A stretch of DNA of 63,802 nucleotides, the filler included, from Lenisia limosa (taxonomy: Eukaryota > Protista > Breviatea), in the NCBI GenBank assembly GCA_001655205.1. It is 16 parts of 16 records of this genome, joined end to end, with 100 filler letters (N's around TTAATTAATTAA, not from the genome) between each part and the next. Parts side by side here need not be neighbours in the genome. Positions count along the whole stretch, not along the records: positions 62,242 to 63,802 come from LPNZ01010801.1; 15 more parts are not named here. One strand, written 5' to 3'. Positions within the stretch are counted from its first letter, which is position 1; each line of letters opens with the position of its first letter. Positions 63,685 through 63,802 of this stretch are shown piece after piece. A program made the translations under genes and the position numbers. Under the pieces are notes generated by a model. The model did not search any database and was not told where the DNA came from. It saw nothing but the letters and a program-made list of their open reading frames with translations.

Positions 63685-63783
63685 TTCTTTACTTCGGTTC
63701 AAAAGAAAGACTGAATTTTCTCGATAAATCCTCGAAAACTATCGATATTTTACCAGTATCTTTCAAACAGAAGTGAAGCCCTA
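63685..63783. mobile_element. MITE family A copy
   Basis: ACTTCGGTTCAAAAGAAAGACTGAATTTTCTCGATAAATCCTCGAAAACTATCGATATTTTACCAG...CAAACAGAAGTGAAGCCCTA. Confidence 0.85.
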
Positions 63784-63802
63784 GTTGGACATACACCTTC
63801 CC

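Noticed and set aside
19954-63802. Apparent gene neighbourhoods (e.g. PCYT2 near the helicase, ferroportin near the MAPK) as a functional cluster
   Set aside because: The genes lie on separate contigs joined by artificial spacers, so adjacency is meaningless.

Overview
Eukaryotic, intron-rich genomic DNA from an unidentified microbial eukaryote; well-aligned genes use the standard code and GT-AG introns of about 40-400 nt. The window is not one locus. Sixteen contigs or scaffolds are joined by an artificial 100-nt spacer (44 N + TTAATTAATTAA + 44 N, stops in all six frames), so adjacency across spacers means nothing. The first scaffold (1-19853) holds a WNK kinase (-), a large 2-TM Cache-domain receptor with degenerate class III nucleotide-cyclase domains (-), eIF3b (+), a probable NADP malic enzyme (+) and the C-terminus of a type I membrane protein (-). 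Later contigs carry complete or partial genes for a BET1-like SNARE, a C2H2 zinc-finger protein, a Cys-rich ephrin-receptor-like (GCC2/GCC3) repeat surface protein, PCYT2, a NOL8-like C-terminus, a UPF1/ZGRF1-type SF1 helicase, a ferroportin-family transporter and a MAPK N-lobe. No rRNA, tRNA or CRISPR array is visible. The most interesting signal is in the introns. They contain at least six dispersed 70-110 nt repeat families. Three are TA-flanked MITEs, and the most abundant occurs in both orientations. Two others lie in the sense orientation in nearly every host gene I could orient, and usually just before 3' splice sites (introner-like or structured-RNA candidates). Three exon-intron junctions are tandemly duplicated, and four of the five spacings are stop-free multiples of 3. 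All gene models were spliced by eye, so exon boundaries in low-confidence genes are approximate.
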